Assembly: GCA_017938885.1 (NCBI GenBank)
Contig: JAGBAS010000022.1
Location: 62,144 to 126,143 of the forward strand
From: Clostridia bacterium
Lineage (GTDB): Bacteria; Bacillota; Clostridia; Oscillospirales; CAG-272
Length of the DNA stretch: 64,000 nt
Direction of reading: 5' to 3'
The notes beneath the pieces were generated by a model that was given only the letters and a program-made list of their open reading frames with translations, was not told where the DNA came from and searched no databases. Below are positions 17,805 to 27,682 of the stretch, piece by piece. Position numbers and translations under genes: made by a program. The number at the start of each line of letters is the position of its first letter. Within the stretch, counting starts at the first letter, position 1.

Positions 17805-18704
17805 TCATTCCTCAAAGCACCCGTAAGCCTCCAACACGCATCTTCCCAACTCATATAGGTATCGCTCGGCGGCTCGCTTGAGAGACAAGGGAGCTTTAGT
17901 CAGCCGCTCGTCAGCGGGATAAGGTCGCCTTTCCGCAGGGGCGCGGAAAATACCGCCCACTTCGAAGGTAAAATAACCGTTATAACCAATATCCAGCAGA
18001 CCGTGCATCACGGCGTCCAGATTCATGGTGCCGAGGAAGGGGAGCAAGTGGGCATCGCGATCGCCGCAGTTATCTTGAATATGCAGGGCGCGAACGTGAC
18101 CTCCCAGCAAGCGCAACTCAGCGTCTTGAGACATCTCTTGCATATTGGCGTGACCCGCGTCCCATACGGCGTGGAACAGGGGATGATCGACCAGCTCGAT
18201 CAGGGCCAAAAGGTCGGTGGCGTTATCGATCCAATACATCCCGTCGATGCACATTCTGTCGAAATTCTCCACCAAAATATTCGTTCCGTATTTCTCGGCG
18301 CGTTCCAGTATGGGGAGGAAGAAGTGCTTGTTGGCCTCAAAGGTCTCCTCTTTGGAAAGTCCCGAGGTATAGCCCGAATGGACCACCAGATTGGGGATGC
18401 CCCACGCCCCGCAGGCATCTACACAACGTATCGTGTCGGCGAGGAATCGCCCGTCGGGATCCTTCAGAGGGGTACCCATAGGGGCGTGCGCCTGTACAAG
18501 GGTGATGCCAATCTCATCAGCGGCGCGTTTGATCTCGTCAAAATAGGAGTCGTGATCCTGACCGTAGACGCCCGTACGGGTGGAATAATCGTGACCAAAG
18601 GAGTAATCGGCATAGCGGAAGCCCGCTTCGCGGATATAGCGCAGGCATTCGGTCTGGGAGCGGGTATATGCGGTGAAATCACCGGTTTGGGTCGCCAGCT
18701 TCAT
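17805..18704 (-). CDS. sugar phosphate isomerase/epimerase (xylose isomerase-like TIM barrel)
   Basis: 299 aa with the family pattern (VVHSG..., ILVENF, WDAGHAN, HIQDN). AGGAGG RBS. Confidence 0.75.
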   Translation of the reverse strand: MKLATQTGDFTAYTRSQTECLRYIREAGFRYADYSFGHDYSTRTGVYGQDHDSYFDEIKRAADEIGITLVQAHAPMGTPLKDPDGRFLADTIRCVDACGAWGIPNLVVHSGYTSGLSKEETFEANKHFFLPILERAEKYGTNILVENFDRMCIDGMYWIDNATDLLALIELVDHPLFHAVWDAGHANMQEMSQDAELRLLGGHVRALHIQDNCGDRDAHLLPFLGTMNLDAVMHGLLDIGYNGYFTFEVGGIFRAPAERRPYPADERLTKAPLSLKRAAERYLYELGRCVLEAYGCFEE

Positions 18705-18730
18705 GGGGATCTCCTCCTTTGCGGGTCAGA

Positions 18731-19825
18731 TCAGACGTTAAAGCGGAACAGCACGATATCGCCGTCCTGCATGACGTACTCCTTGCCCTCACTTCGCACC
18801 AGCCCCGCTTCCTTGGCGGCAGTCATGGAGCCCAATCGCATGAGATCATCGTAGGCAATGACTTCTGCGCGGATGAAGCCCCGCTCAAAGTCAGAGTGGA
18901 TCTTACCGGCGGCCTGGGGAGCCTTGGTGCCCTTGACAATGGTCCAGGCGCGCACTTCCTTGGGTCCTGCGGTCAGGTAGCTGATAAGGCCCAGGAGGGC
19001 GTAGCTGGCGCGGATAAGGCGATCCAGTCCTGCTTCCTCAATGCCCATATCCGAGAGGAACATCTCCTTGTCCTCACCGTCCAGCTGGGCGATCTCGGCC
19101 TCGATCTGAGCACAGATGGGCATGACGGCAGCGTGCTCGGAGTCGGCAAATTCCTTGAGCTTCCCGAAGCTTTCGTTACCGCTGACGTCACCGTTGGCCT
19201 CGTCCTCGGAGACGTTGGCCACGTAGATCACGGGCTTCATGGTGATGAGAGGGGTGTCGTGGAAGAGCTCACGCTCGTCGTCGGAAAGCTCAACCGTGCG
19301 AGCAGACTGACCATCCTCCAGAGCCTTCATGACCCGCTCGTAGACCGCAATATCGGCAGCTACCGTCTTGTCGCCCTTGAGAATCTTACGAGCATTGTTC
19401 AGCTTGCGCTCCATAATCTCCATGTCGGCCAGCACCAGCTCCATGTTAATGGTCTCCACGTCGCGCAGAGGATCCACCTTGCCGTCTACATGAACGATGT
19501 TGGAATCCTCAAAGCAACGTACCACGTGTAAAATGGCGTCCACCTCACGGATGTGGGAGAGGAACTTATTGCCAAGACCCTCGCCCTGAGAAGCACCGCG
19601 TACCAGACCCGCAATGTCCACGAACTCAATGACGGCAGGGGTGTACTTCTCAGGATTGTGCATCTCAGCCAGCTTGTCCATACGGGGGTCGGGCACGGCC
19701 ACCACGCCTACGTTGGGCTCGATGGTGCAGAAGGGATAGTTGGCGGATTCAGCACCCGCATTGGTCAGAGCGTTAAAAAGGGTGGACTTACCTACGTTAG
19801 GGAGTCCGACGATACCAAGTTTCAT
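18731..19825 (-). CDS. ychF: redox-regulated ATPase YchF
   Basis: 364 aa. [22 protein letters not shown]-loop and a TGS-like C-terminus. Confidence 0.95.
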   Translation of the reverse strand: MKLGIVGLPNVGKSTLFNALTNAGAESANYPFCTIEPNVGVVAVPDPRMDKLAEMHNPEKYTPAVIEFVDIAGLVRGASQGEGLGNKFLSHIREVDAILHVVRCFEDSNIVHVDGKVDPLRDVETINMELVLADMEIMERKLNNARKILKGDKTVAADIAVYERVMKALEDGQSARTVELSDDERELFHDTPLITMKPVIYVANVSEDEANGDVSGNESFGKLKEFADSEHAAVMPICAQIEAEIAQLDGEDKEMFLSDMGIEEAGLDRLIRASYALLGLISYLTAGPKEVRAWTIVKGTKAPQAAGKIHSDFERGFIRAEVIAYDDLMRLGSMTAAKEAGLVRSEGKEYVMQDGDIVLFRFNV

Positions 19826-19867
19826 GTATGTATCTCCTGTCTTTTATGGAATAGCATAATCTATTAT

Positions 19868-19896
19868 ATTATATACCATTTCAGCGAGAATTGCAA
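19868..19896 (-). promoter_or_regulatory. sigma-A type promoter (ychF operon)
   Basis: Minus strand reads AAACCTCTTGCAA, 17 nt, TATAAT. Confidence 0.65.
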
Positions 19897-19920
19897 GAGG
19901 TTTTCCGAAAAAAGCTCAGA

Positions 19921-19963
19921 AAGGGAAAAGAAAACTCCGCACCAACCGGAAGGAGGTGCGGAG
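19921..19963 (-). terminator. rho-independent terminator after icd
   Basis: 9-bp stem CTCCGCACC / GGTGCGGAG, followed on the minus strand by TTTTCTTTTCCC. Confidence 0.75.
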
Positions 19964-20049
19964 AATGCAAAAAATGATTGTCGAGTGCAGTATGTGCTCT
20001 TTCAGATATCCATACGGAGAAGAACGAGATAAGATGCAGGGTAGTGAAA

Positions 20050-21273
20050 TCAAGCGAGTGAAGCCTCCAGCCGCTCTCGAATGGCGGCGATGAACTCCTT
20101 GGAATTGACAGCTTTGACATTTGCCTTCTCCTCGGGAATGACCAGACCTGTGAGATCCTTGGTCATAATGCCGTCGTCCAGAGTCTTGATGCAAGCGGCC
20201 TCCAGCTTATCTGCAAAGGAAACCAGGTCGGGGAGATTATCCAGCTCGCCTCTCTTGCGGAGCGCACCCGTCCATGCAAATATGGTGGCCATGGGGTTGG
20301 TGGAGGTCTCCTCGCCTCTTAGATAGCGGTAGTAGTGTTGGGTGACGGTGCCGTGGGCGGCCTCGTACTCGTAATTGCCGTCGGGGGAGACCAGGACTGA
20401 TGTCATCATGGCCAAAGAGCCGAAGGCGGTGGAAACCATGTCGGACATCACATCGCCGTCATAGTTCTTGCAGGCCCAGATAAAGCCGCCCTCGGAGCGG
20501 ATCACACGAGCCACGGCGTCGTCAATGAGGGTGTAGAAATAACGGATGCCCAGTTCTTCGAATTTCTCCTTGTAGCACTCATCATAGATCTCCTGGAAGA
20601 TGAGCTTGAAGGTCTGGTCATACTGCTTGGAGATGGTATCCTTGGTAGAGAACCACAGCTCCTGCTTGGTGTCAATGGCATACTGGAAACAGGAATGGGC
20701 GAAGGAGCGGATGGATGAGTCCTTGTTGTAGGAGCCCTGGAGAACACCGGGGCACTCAAAATCGTAAACGGTTTTGCGGAAGGTCTCGTTGCCCTCCGCG
20801 TCGGTGAAGACCAGTTCGGCTTTACCTTCGGAGGGGACACGGTACTCGGTGCACTTGTAGACGTCACCGTAAGCATGGCGGGCGATGGTGATGGGCTTCT
20901 TCCAGTTGCGCACAACGGGGCGAATGGAGTCGATGAGGATGGGAGCGCGGAACACCGTACCGTCCAGAATGGCGCGGATGGTGCCGTTGGGGGACTTCCA
21001 CATCTCGGAGAGGTTGTACTCCTCCACCCTCTGCCTGTTCGGCGTGATGGTAGCGCACTTGACCGCAACGCCGTACTTCTTGTTGGCGTTGGCCGCGTCG
21101 ATGGTGATCTGATCCTTGGTCTCCTCGCGCTTGACAAGGCCGAGATCGTAATACTCGGTCTTGAGGTCCACGAAGGGCAGGAGCAGCTCTTCTTTGATGA
21201 TCTGCCAGAGGATTCTGGTCATTTCGTCCCCGTCCATCTCGACGAGGGGGGTTGTCATTTTGATCTTTTCCAT
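20050..21273 (-). CDS. icd: NADP-dependent isocitrate dehydrogenase (eukaryotic-like homodimeric type)
   Basis: Start at ATG 21273 (MEKIKM), 8 nt after [20 protein letters not shown]...KCATITPN is typical of type II NADP-IDH. Confidence 0.9.
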   Translation of the reverse strand: MEKIKMTTPLVEMDGDEMTRILWQIIKEELLLPFVDLKTEYYDLGLVKREETKDQITIDAANANKKYGVAVKCATITPNRQRVEEYNLSEMWKSPNGTIRAILDGTVFRAPILIDSIRPVVRNWKKPITIARHAYGDVYKCTEYRVPSEGKAELVFTDAEGNETFRKTVYDFECPGVLQGSYNKDSSIRSFAHSCFQYAIDTKQELWFSTKDTISKQYDQTFKLIFQEIYDECYKEKFEELGIRYFYTLIDDAVARVIRSEGGFIWACKNYDGDVMSDMVSTAFGSLAMMTSVLVSPDGNYEYEAAHGTVTQHYYRYLRGEETSTNPMATIFAWTGALRKRGELDNLPDLVSFADKLEAACIKTLDDGIMTKDLTGLVIPEEKANVKAVNSKEFIAAIRERLEASLA

Positions 21274-21315
21274 GTTCATTACCTCCGAATCCTTGGAAAA
21301 TATGATTGTTTGAAA

Positions 21316-22140
21316 TTACATTTGTGCAATACGCCTCATTCGCTCCAGGGCGAATGAGTAGAATCGCTCGTGCCCCATAGCCGAATACCCATCATGGGTA
21401 TTCTTCCCGGGCTTGTTGGCGAAGGTCAGCTCGCACATGAGAGGACCTTCGTAGTCCGTGTTACGGATGCGCCGCATGATATCCGCCCAGTCGGCGATCC
21501 CGTCACCCATAACCAAGTGAAGATCGTCGGTCCAGAATATGTCCTCGCCCGTAACTCCGACGTTATCGTTAAAGTGCGTGTGGCAAAGGGCATGACCGTA
21601 CTCCGCCAGCATATCCCTGCCGCGGTTGTAGCAGAGCTCATGACCCGTATCCAGGCAAAAGCCAAGGGAAGGATGCCCCGCAAACGCCTTGAAAATAGCG
21701 GCTAAATACTCTTCGCCCTCCACGTTCTCAAATCCAAGCCGAACCCCCAACGAGTCAGCGGCAGATACGATCTTGCCGAAGTTTCTGAGCCCTGCTTCAG
21801 TCGGGGTGTGTTCCCCAAAGCCAATGAAGGGGTGGATGACCATGACGGGAATGCTGTAAGCGGCGCAATCGCGAACGCACTCGATCAGATCGGCGGCCAC
21901 TTGTTCGCCCAACTCCCCCTCGTCCCAAAGATAGCGGGCTTGGGTAAAAGGAGCATGGATAGACTGATAGATCATATTATGCTTTTGGGCGGCGGCGGCA
22001 AATTCCGGGAGCTTTTCACGGTTCCAGCCCGTGAAGAAGCCGTCCCAGCCAATGCGTTTCAGCATGGAAACGTGGTCGTCAACCGAAAGACCCGTACCGC
22101 CCATGAGGTTGATGCCGAGCTTGTAGGTGCCGTTGTACAT
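21316..22140 (-). CDS. sugar phosphate isomerase/epimerase (TIM barrel)
   Basis: 274 aa with the xylose-isomerase-like TIM pattern (VMVIHP, GFENVEG, LDTGH, HFNDN). Confidence 0.7.
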   Translation of the reverse strand: MYNGTYKLGINLMGGTGLSVDDHVSMLKRIGWDGFFTGWNREKLPEFAAAAQKHNMIYQSIHAPFTQARYLWDEGELGEQVAADLIECVRDCAAYSIPVMVIHPFIGFGEHTPTEAGLRNFGKIVSAADSLGVRLGFENVEGEEYLAAIFKAFAGHPSLGFCLDTGHELCYNRGRDMLAEYGHALCHTHFNDNVGVTGEDIFWTDDLHLVMGDGIADWADIMRRIRNTDYEGPLMCELTFANKPGKNTHDGYSAMGHERFYSFALERMRRIAQM

Positions 22141-22178
22141 AATGATGCTCCTTTCGGGGGGAAGTTAGAGAAGTAAAG

Positions 22179-22385
22179 TTTGAAATTTGGGTTTGCTGGC
22201 GGGGTGGGTTTCCTCTACGAAAGGCTTCTCCATGAGATGCCGCAAGCGGCCGAAATTCCCGCAAAGCGGGTGATGAGGTGGTACACTTGAGCAAATTTCC
22301 ATTACCGGGCAAAGGAGAAACGTCGCTGCTGCGGCTACACCTCATCCGTCGGTTGCGCCGCCACCTTCCCTTCAAGGGGAAGGCT
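22179..22385. repeat. GC-rich palindromic intergenic element (copy B, inverted relative to copy A)
   Basis: The 17-mer TTTGAAATTTGGGTTTG (22179-22195) is the reverse complement of 14276-14292 at 16/17 positions. 9-bp inverted repeat GATGAGGTG (22272-80) / CACCTCATC (22338-46). Hairpin CCTTCCC-N6-GGGAAGG at 22364-22383. Confidence 0.65.
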
Positions 22386-22429
22386 CACGAGGAGACCCAA
22401 CCGTTCGATAAACCGCAATTCTTCCGTTC

Positions 22430-24679
22430 TCAATCCATCCTCTTCGCGTAGTAATTCATCAGACAACCGTCCAGAATGATCTCCTTCTCATCAGAAGTCA
22501 GACCCTTCAGATACAGGGTGATATCCTCGACTGCGCCATTGGCGCGAACCACCTTAGCAGGGATGGTCTCAATACCCAGCTCCACGGCCTTGCGAATACC
22601 GGGGATGAAAATACAGTCGCCGACCGCGTACTCAAAGGGTGTATCCTTGTCCAGCGTGAACGGGAGGATGCCCCAGTTGATGCAGTTGGAGCGGTAGCGC
22701 TTGGTGGCAAACTCATAACAAATGTTGCCGAAGCCACCCAGCACCTTCTGACAGGAGGCCGCCTGCTCGCGGGCAGAGCCGTCACCGGGCTTGTTGGCAA
22801 ACACGCAGGAGCCGAACTGGGTGTTTTGCACCAGCTCGTCGGCGTTGCCCACGGCAGAGAGAGCCGAGCGGAGCTTGTCAGACACCACACCCTCGCGGCG
22901 GTCTGCCTCCTGTTTAGCTACCGCCTTGGAATTGCCCACGTAGTCGGGGCAACGACGGGACAAGGCAAATTCAGACAGGCGCAGGGGGTTCGAGCGGTAG
23001 GACGAGGTCTCGCCCGAAGGGATCAATTCGTCGGTAGTGGTGACGGGATCGTGAATGACAGCCGCCAGCTCCAGGAGGATGTTTTCAGTGAGGGCGTACT
23101 GCTTGGGCCAATCGGTGATGTTGGGGCCAAGAATGAGGTCCACCGAAGGATCCGCCTTGCCGTAGCCGTAATAGAGCCGCTTTTCGTAGACTTTTTTATC
23201 GAAATGATACTCGTGAGGAGTATAATTGTATTCAATGTCGGTGGCGGCGGTGATGATACCGCCGTTTCTTGCGGTTGCGGCGATGGAGCGGGCATCCATC
23301 AGAGCCACCCCCGAAAGCTGACCCTCGCCGGGCTTGGAGCCCTCACGGTTGGGGAAGTTACGGGTGGTGTGGCGGAGGGACAGACCGTTGTTGGCAGGGA
23401 CGTCGCCCGCACCGAAGCAGGGGCCGCAGAAGGAGGGCTTGATGACAGCACCCGACGAGAGCAGGTCGGCGGTGACACCGATACGGGTCAGCTCCAGAGA
23501 CACGGGGACAGACGTAGGATATACGGACAGATTGAAGTAACCGTTGCCCGTATCGTGATCCCGCAGGATCGCGGCGGCCTCGTCGATGGAGTCGAACATA
23601 CCGCCGGCACAGCCCGCGATGATGCCCTGATCCGCAAGGACTGAACCGTCAGCCTGCACCTTGCTCACCAGATCCAGCTTGGCCTTCTTGAACTTGGCGG
23701 CGGCCTCGGCCTCAACCGAGGCGAGGATCTCTTTGGCGTTTGCCACGAAATCGTGGATGGTGTAGACGTTGGAGGGATGGAAGGGCAGAGCGATCATGGA
23801 TTCCATCTCACCGAGGTCGATGTCGATCATGGAGTCGTAGTAAGCCACCTCGGCGGGCTTGAGCTCGCGGAAGTCGGCGGGACGGCCGTGAACCTCAAAG
23901 TGCTTCTTGGTGACCTCGTCGGTGACCCAGATGGAGGACAGGCAGGTGGTCTCGGTGGTCATGACGTCGATGCCGTTGCGGAAATCGATGGAAAGCTCGC
24001 CAACACCGGGGCCCACGAACTCCAGCACCTTGTTCTTGACAAAGCCGCTGCCAAAGGTCGCGCCCACCAGAGCCAGAGCCACGTCGTGGGGACCAATGCC
24101 CTTCTTGGGTGTACCGTGTAGGTAGACCATGACCACCTCGGGGCGGTTCACGTCATACGTATTCTTCAAAAGCTGCTTGACCAGTTCAGGTCCGCCCTCG
24201 CCAACGCCCATGGTACCCAAGGCGCCGTAGCGGGTATGGGAATCCGAGCCCAGGATCATCTTACCGCATCCTGCCAGCTCCTCGCGAGCGTAGGAGTGGA
24301 TGACCGATTGGTTGGCGGGGACGTAGATACCGCCGTACTTCTTGGCGGCGGAGAGACCGAAGACGTGATCGTCCTCGTTGATGGTACCGCCCACGGCGCA
24401 AAGGCTGTTGTGGCAGTTGGTCATGGCATAAGGAATGGGGAATTCCTTGAGGCCGCTGGCGCGTGCCGTCTGGATGATGCCGACGTAGGTAATATCATGA
24501 GACACCAATGCGTCAAATTTGATTTGGAGCTTGTCCATATTGCCCGAAACGTTGTGGGCAGAAAGAATGGAGTAAGCGATGGTACCGCTTCTTGCTTCGT
24601 CCATGGAAACAGATGCGGTCTCTGCGGGGACTCCGTTGATTAAATACATCCCCTTGTCGTACAAAGTGACTGCTTTCAT
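22430..24679 (-). CDS. aconitate hydratase (aconitase family, fused large and swivel domains)
   Basis: 749 aa. ILGSDSHTRYGALG and Fe-S ligand-type Cys (SFCGPCFGAG). An IDH gene lies downstream on the same strand. Confidence 0.8.
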   Translation of the reverse strand: MKAVTLYDKGMYLINGVPAETASVSMDEARSGTIAYSILSAHNVSGNMDKLQIKFDALVSHDITYVGIIQTARASGLKEFPIPYAMTNCHNSLCAVGGTINEDDHVFGLSAAKKYGGIYVPANQSVIHSYAREELAGCGKMILGSDSHTRYGALGTMGVGEGGPELVKQLLKNTYDVNRPEVVMVYLHGTPKKGIGPHDVALALVGATFGSGFVKNKVLEFVGPGVGELSIDFRNGIDVMTTETTCLSSIWVTDEVTKKHFEVHGRPADFRELKPAEVAYYDSMIDIDLGEMESMIALPFHPSNVYTIHDFVANAKEILASVEAEAAAKFKKAKLDLVSKVQADGSVLADQGIIAGCAGGMFDSIDEAAAILRDHDTGNGYFNLSVYPTSVPVSLELTRIGVTADLLSSGAVIKPSFCGPCFGAGDVPANNGLSLRHTTRNFPNREGSKPGEGQLSGVALMDARSIAATARNGGIITAATDIEYNYTPHEYHFDKKVYEKRLYYGYGKADPSVDLILGPNITDWPKQYALTENILLELAAVIHDPVTTTDELIPSGETSSYRSNPLRLSEFALSRRCPDYVGNSKAVAKQEADRREGVVSDKLRSALSAVGNADELVQNTQFGSCVFANKPGDGSAREQAASCQKVLGGFGNICYEFATKRYRSNCINWGILPFTLDKDTPFEYAVGDCIFIPGIRKAVELGIETIPAKVVRANGAVEDITLYLKGLTSDEKEIILDGCLMNYYAKRMD

Positions 24680-24711
24680 ATCAATACCTCCGAATAAAAA
24701 ACAGATACTTC

Positions 24712-24740
24712 ATTATACCACTTGTGACTGATTTCGTCAA
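24712..24740 (-). promoter_or_regulatory. sigma-A type promoter (aconitase operon)
   Basis: Minus strand reads AAACCTATTGACG, 17 nt, (TGG)TATAAT. Confidence 0.65.
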
Positions 24741-24794
24741 TAGGTTTCGAAGAAAACAAAAGAGAAATCACAAGAAAGAAAGTGAAAGAAGAAG

Positions 24795-24820
24795 CCGCCC
24801 GTAACCAAAGCTACGGGCGG
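24795..24820 (-). terminator. rho-independent terminator
   Basis: 9-bp stem CCGCCCGTA / TACGGGCGG, followed on the minus strand by CTTCTTCTTTCACTTTC. Confidence 0.7.
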
Positions 24821-24827
24821 AGAGTGT

Positions 24828-27641
24828 TCAAGTGCGTTCCTTTTTCTTGAGAAGGGGCAGAGCGGCCAAACCGAGAATCGGCATAAGAGCGTTCAGAAGG
24901 CTCGAGCCGCAGCCCTTGGCGGGCTCATTTGTCTGCGCTTCGCCAATCGTTTCGGTCTGTTCGACGGTTTCGTCGGGTACAATGGCATCGGTATTCTCCG
25001 TAGTCTCCTGTTCAGGAGGCGGTACGCTACCGGGAAGCACCGTATTGAAAATGTAATTCATGCGCCCCAAGGGAGCTATGTCGCCTTCGGTATAGAACTG
25101 CTCCATAGTGTTGACGACGGAAGTGCTGTCCACCCATTTAAAGTGGAAGTTCATATAATCGCAATGGGTAACGCCCAACATCTCCAGAGGTACCGCGATC
25201 ATCATCCGGTTGCCGCTCACGCGGTAGGAGACCTCACCAACCGTTTCAAAGGAGAAGGAGCCGTCTGTACCGTTGTACCGAGCCACGGTGGTGGTGAACT
25301 CATCCTTGGCGGCATAGTTGACGATGAAGTCGTAGCCATACCACCCTGTGGAAGCGTTCTGATCGACATCAATGAACAGCTGCATCCAGGAGGAAGCCGC
25401 GTCGGGCTTGGTGATGTCGAAACGGGTTTCAGCGTAGAAATAGATGTTCTTGGTGTCATGGGTGATCTTGAACCCTGTGAAGTCATTGCGGCCGGTTTTG
25501 TCGGTATAAGTCACGTTTCCGTAGCCTTGATAGTCGCGCTCCAGACAGTCACGAACGGGATCGGTATAGGTGACGGTAACGGTATCCCATTGTGAGAAGT
25601 CGCCCGTTACATTGATGGGATTACGGGCATCCTGCAAAATGATCGGTGCCGCGCCCTTGAGCTTTTGGATGTTGTAGGCCAGTTGCATATAGTAATTATC
25701 GAAATAACCGCCCTTCATCATCTCAATGTCGCGGGAGAATTCAACAGAAGCAAGATCCACAAAATGTGCATATTCCTCGGAAGTGTTCTGTCTGGCGGCG
25801 ATCCATTCGTTCCAGCCTGTGACCAGGACGTAGGGAACGTCAAAACGGTGGGCCATATCCCATTGTGCCTGGAAATTCAACCCCTGCTTGTAGAGATCCG
25901 GATTCTCTTCAATAGCCTTATAATAGCTGTCGATCAGGTTCTCGTTGAGCTTTGTCTCGCCATAGGAGCGCCCCAGATTCCCGCGATCCTGTACGTCGTA
26001 CAGAGAATCGCTGAAGCGCCACGTGCTTCTGTGCTGCGCCACCGAAACGTTAATGGCAGACTTCTTGCCCTTTTCGTCCTTGAATATACTCTGCGGACGA
26101 TCTCCGTCCATCCAAGGCCAGGCATTAACGTGATTCACAGGCTCGGTAGGCCACTGATTCATCTTCATGGTGAAGAAATCGTTCACATTAGCATCCTTGG
26201 GACCGATCATAACGGGCTTGCCATCGATCATGAGCCAGGTGTCTGGATAGCGGTTCTGTGCGTAAATTTCGGTATACAGGCTGTTGATACGGATAGTAGC
26301 GTCCGTATTGGTGTAGAAGGTCACCTTGGGGGCACTGTACCCCTGCTCGTTCAGCTCGTGCAGGATCTTCATGATCTTGAGAGCCGTGTCGGCATAGGTA
26401 AAGTTATTTGTGGTGTCAAAAAACAGGAAATCTACCCCCGCATTGGTGAGCAGCTCCATGTGCTTGCGGAGCACCCACTCGTCGTTGATGAAATAATAAC
26501 CGTAAAGCGGTTCGCCGGCAAAGTGAAACTCTCCAACCTTACCGTATTTGCCCGTGGAGAGCTTTCCCCAATCCTCGCGAGGCAGGGAGTCAAGTATTTC
26601 CTGAAGATTGTAAACTTTATCCGTGGGCGGATGCTTACCCAGCCACAGGAAGTAGAAAAGACCTACGTAATGCTCTCCGTTGTCCCCGATGACGCCTACG
26701 TCACCGGCGTTGTAGAGCGACCTTCCCAAATCGTCTGTACCCGCGTAGCCGCCAAAACGGTTGATGGTGTTGTTGGGCACCGTGTAGGATTTGGCTTCTC
26801 CGTTTACCTTGTACGAAATCGTAACGGTACTGCCGTCATCCGACTCAGTAAAGGTCAGCGATCCTGCGCGCGTATCCTCGGGGATGGATTCCATGTCCTT
26901 GTAGACAGGATCGGCCCAGTCCACGGTTGCGCCGGTCTCAAGCTCATCTCCGTCGCCTTCGGCCGCATTTTCTTTTTCCCATGCAAGGAGCCTTTGATAC
27001 TCATCGTAGTCGAATCCCTCGGCACCGTCCTCTGTGTCAAAGAAGGCAATACAACGGATATCGATGGAATCTCCCTCGTTGATCTTCGGGTTCAGCGGGT
27101 CGAACCGCCAGCCTGTGAAGGAAACCGAGGGGTCAACGTCTTTCCAAGCCTCACAGACAACGGCGATCTTTGTGAATTCTTCAGTAGGAATCCAACGCCA
27201 GATCTGAACCCCGCCGGGCTGTCCCATCTGGACTCCGTCCGAACGGTTGGCGTACAGCTCGCCGTCCTTATCCATGTTCGTGCGGTAGATGATGGCCACA
27301 GACTTGCATTCCGATGGCTTGAAGTCGGGGGTATACAGATTGCAGATCGGATCGTCAGCGGTAGCTGTGAAGGTTGTGTGAGACCCCTCCGTAACTTGAA
27401 CGGTCACGTTACAGGTTCCTGCAAAGCCGTAGTAGGCGGTCAGATCCATGTAGGAGATGGGGACGGTAGAGTTTACCTTGGGCTTTTCTGAAGCGAGCAT
27501 TTGGAGAGAATAGGATGGATTGTTCATAGCTGGATTATCGGATCGTGAAAGTTTGGTTGCGCATCCCGACATAAACGCCGCGCCTCCCAAAAGGGAGGCG
27601 CAGAGCAGGGAAGCAACAGCCCGTTTATAGCTGTTTTTCAT
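24828..27641 (-). CDS. secreted lipoprotein, glycoside-hydrolase-like (family unassigned), with a Cys-containing C-terminal anchor
   Basis: 937 aa. Signal peptide with lipobox FMSGC. Paralog of the next gene (shared YVGLFYFLW, EPLYGYY, DFLFFDTTN, LHELNEQG, NQWPTE, VTGWNEW, GGYFDNYY). C-terminus is KGCGSS + TM + KKKERT. Confidence 0.6.
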   Translation of the reverse strand: MKNSYKRAVASLLCASLLGGAAFMSGCATKLSRSDNPAMNNPSYSLQMLASEKPKVNSTVPISYMDLTAYYGFAGTCNVTVQVTEGSHTTFTATADDPICNLYTPDFKPSECKSVAIIYRTNMDKDGELYANRSDGVQMGQPGGVQIWRWIPTEEFTKIAVVCEAWKDVDPSVSFTGWRFDPLNPKINEGDSIDIRCIAFFDTEDGAEGFDYDEYQRLLAWEKENAAEGDGDELETGATVDWADPVYKDMESIPEDTRAGSLTFTESDDGSTVTISYKVNGEAKSYTVPNNTINRFGGYAGTDDLGRSLYNAGDVGVIGDNGEHYVGLFYFLWLGKHPPTDKVYNLQEILDSLPREDWGKLSTGKYGKVGEFHFAGEPLYGYYFINDEWVLRKHMELLTNAGVDFLFFDTTNNFTYADTALKIMKILHELNEQGYSAPKVTFYTNTDATIRINSLYTEIYAQNRYPDTWLMIDGKPVMIGPKDANVNDFFTMKMNQWPTEPVNHVNAWPWMDGDRPQSIFKDEKGKKSAINVSVAQHRSTWRFSDSLYDVQDRGNLGRSYGETKLNENLIDSYYKAIEENPDLYKQGLNFQAQWDMAHRFDVPYVLVTGWNEWIAARQNTSEEYAHFVDLASVEFSRDIEMMKGGYFDNYYMQLAYNIQKLKGAAPIILQDARNPINVTGDFSQWDTVTVTYTDPVRDCLERDYQGYGNVTYTDKTGRNDFTGFKITHDTKNIYFYAETRFDITKPDAASSWMQLFIDVDQNASTGWYGYDFIVNYAAKDEFTTTVARYNGTDGSFSFETVGEVSYRVSGNRMMIAVPLEMLGVTHCDYMNFHFKWVDSTSVVNTMEQFYTEGDIAPLGRMNYIFNTVLPGSVPPPEQETTENTDAIVPDETVEQTETIGEAQTNEPAKGCGSSLLNALMPILGLAALPLLKKKERT

Positions 27642-27682
27642 AGATCAAATAGTTCCTTTCGAAATTATCCTTCAATCGAAGA

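Noticed and set aside
20050-24679. Aconitase plus IDH as part of an unusual pathway, because citrate synthase is missing and TIM-barrel isomerase-like genes are interleaved.
   Set aside because: The oxidative TCA branch to 2-oxoglutarate is common in anaerobic Firmicutes. Citrate synthase may simply be encoded elsewhere. There is no sequence evidence for anything unusual beyond the intergenic repeat, which is reported separately.
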